From NCBI RefSeq assembly GCF_009914755.1, contig NC_060935.1: 64,000 nucleotides of DNA; one strand, written 5' to 3'. Position 1 is the stretch's first letter. The number at the start of each line of letters is the position of its first letter. A model generated the notes under the pieces. The model did no database searches and was not told the origin of the DNA. It worked only from the letters and a program-made list of their open reading frames with translations. Made by a program: the position numbers and the translations under genes. This DNA comes from the human T2T-CHM13v2.0 reference genome, Homo sapiens. Below are positions 62,821 to 64,000 of this stretch, in pieces.

Positions 62821-63252
62821 GAGGTAAAGACAAACTTTTCAAGACCAATCCACTGTGGGCTGATCTCTGAAAAAAGGAGCTGGCCTCCTACAAAGCTCCA
62901 TGGAAACCAGATTGTTTAAAAGACTTAAGACATAGTCTGTGACGATGCGAGATAACTGTGACCTACCCTGTAATAAGGTGAGCAGAGGAGATTTTCAAGC
63001 AATATTCTACTTCTTACATTGGGTGATGGGTCTTCAAATGTTTCTGTATTGTTGAAAATAAATAACTATAAACATATAGACAACAAAACAAGACTATTCA
63101 TGAGCCAATGATGAGAGTATGTAATGACTAGAGTCAATGATTCATCCAATCCTCTACTCCTGAGTCAAAAACAAAAAGAAAAATGTCAAAAACTTGGGAT
63201 TTAAGATAAGGTATAGGAAGCACCTAAGTTAACATAAATCCCAATGGTAATT

Positions 63253-63801
63253 TGTGATGCAGTGTACTGTTTATATACACTTTTTAATTTTCTGTATATT
63301 ATAATGTTTTGACATCTTAAAAAGTTTTTTGACTGGGGAGAGTTTGCCTCTCCTGGGCTAGCCAATTCTTAGATAGCAAAGGGCTCAGCCAGGAGCATGC
63401 CTTTTATGTGCAAACTAATCAATACAGAGCCTCTACCTGACCCATCCTCTATCTGGGCTATACACCCCAGGAGGCAATATTCCCCTGCCTTCATCATCCC
63501 AGATCCAGGGACCAGGCAACTAGGGACCATCCCTATAGTTCAAAGCCTGCTGAACTTCTTCAAATTAGCCCATCCTAAACTATATACCCTGCCCTGCCTA
63601 GCCTTTCCCATGGAAACCCCAATCAAGGCCATTGCCCTGGCCTCCACCCTGTGCCTGCCCTTCCTGCCTCCTGACCCATGTGGCTCTCTGTGGCATTCCA
63701 TACTTCCTGTTTCAAGGACCTGTGAGTATTACAAACTTTATTTTCCTGTGGCTTCCCTCAGGACACACCTGACTGGCCACCATATAAAAGAACACAGAAC
63801 A
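63253..63801 (+). mobile_element. ERV1-class solo LTR (MER39-like)
   Basis: TG...CA ends; gggctagccaattcttag...gcaaactaatcaat...cctgtgagta..aaacttt. Confidence 0.55.
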
Positions 63802-64000
63802 TGTAGCTATTATCACATCTATATTTCACGTAAAACAGCGGGCTCAGAGAAGATAAGAGAATCACTCAGCACTAAGTATCTAAGAAGAATTAAACATCCT
63901 ATTTGGACCTAAATCTGTCTGATTATATACTATCATTAAGCTGAGTTACAGTAACAAATAAGCCCCAAACATTCTGCAGCTTAACAAAATAGATATTTAT

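Noticed and set aside
63397-63912. 171-aa ORF
   Set aside because: Lies mostly in an LTR, with no recognisable domain or coding signature.

Overview
Primate (most likely human) genomic DNA with one recognisable protein-coding gene: the intronless FIBIN CDS (41019-41654, +), with a CpG-rich 5' region, an upstream ORF and a long AU-rich 3' UTR. The rest is mostly transposon-derived. It includes a full-length young L1 (L1PA2-like, intact ORF1, frameshifted ORF2) nested inside an older truncated L1PA5-like copy, an AluY-L1 chimeric retrocopy with one shared target-site duplication (TSD), and an internally deleted L1PA8A-like element. There are also several Alus, ERV1/ERVL/MaLR solo LTRs, Tigger/hAT fragments and two long polypurine tracts. 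I found no convincing novel gene system; the most interesting signals are retrotransposition mechanics and possible regulatory side-effects. Repeat subfamily names are from recalled consensus features and need RepeatMasker/Dfam confirmation.
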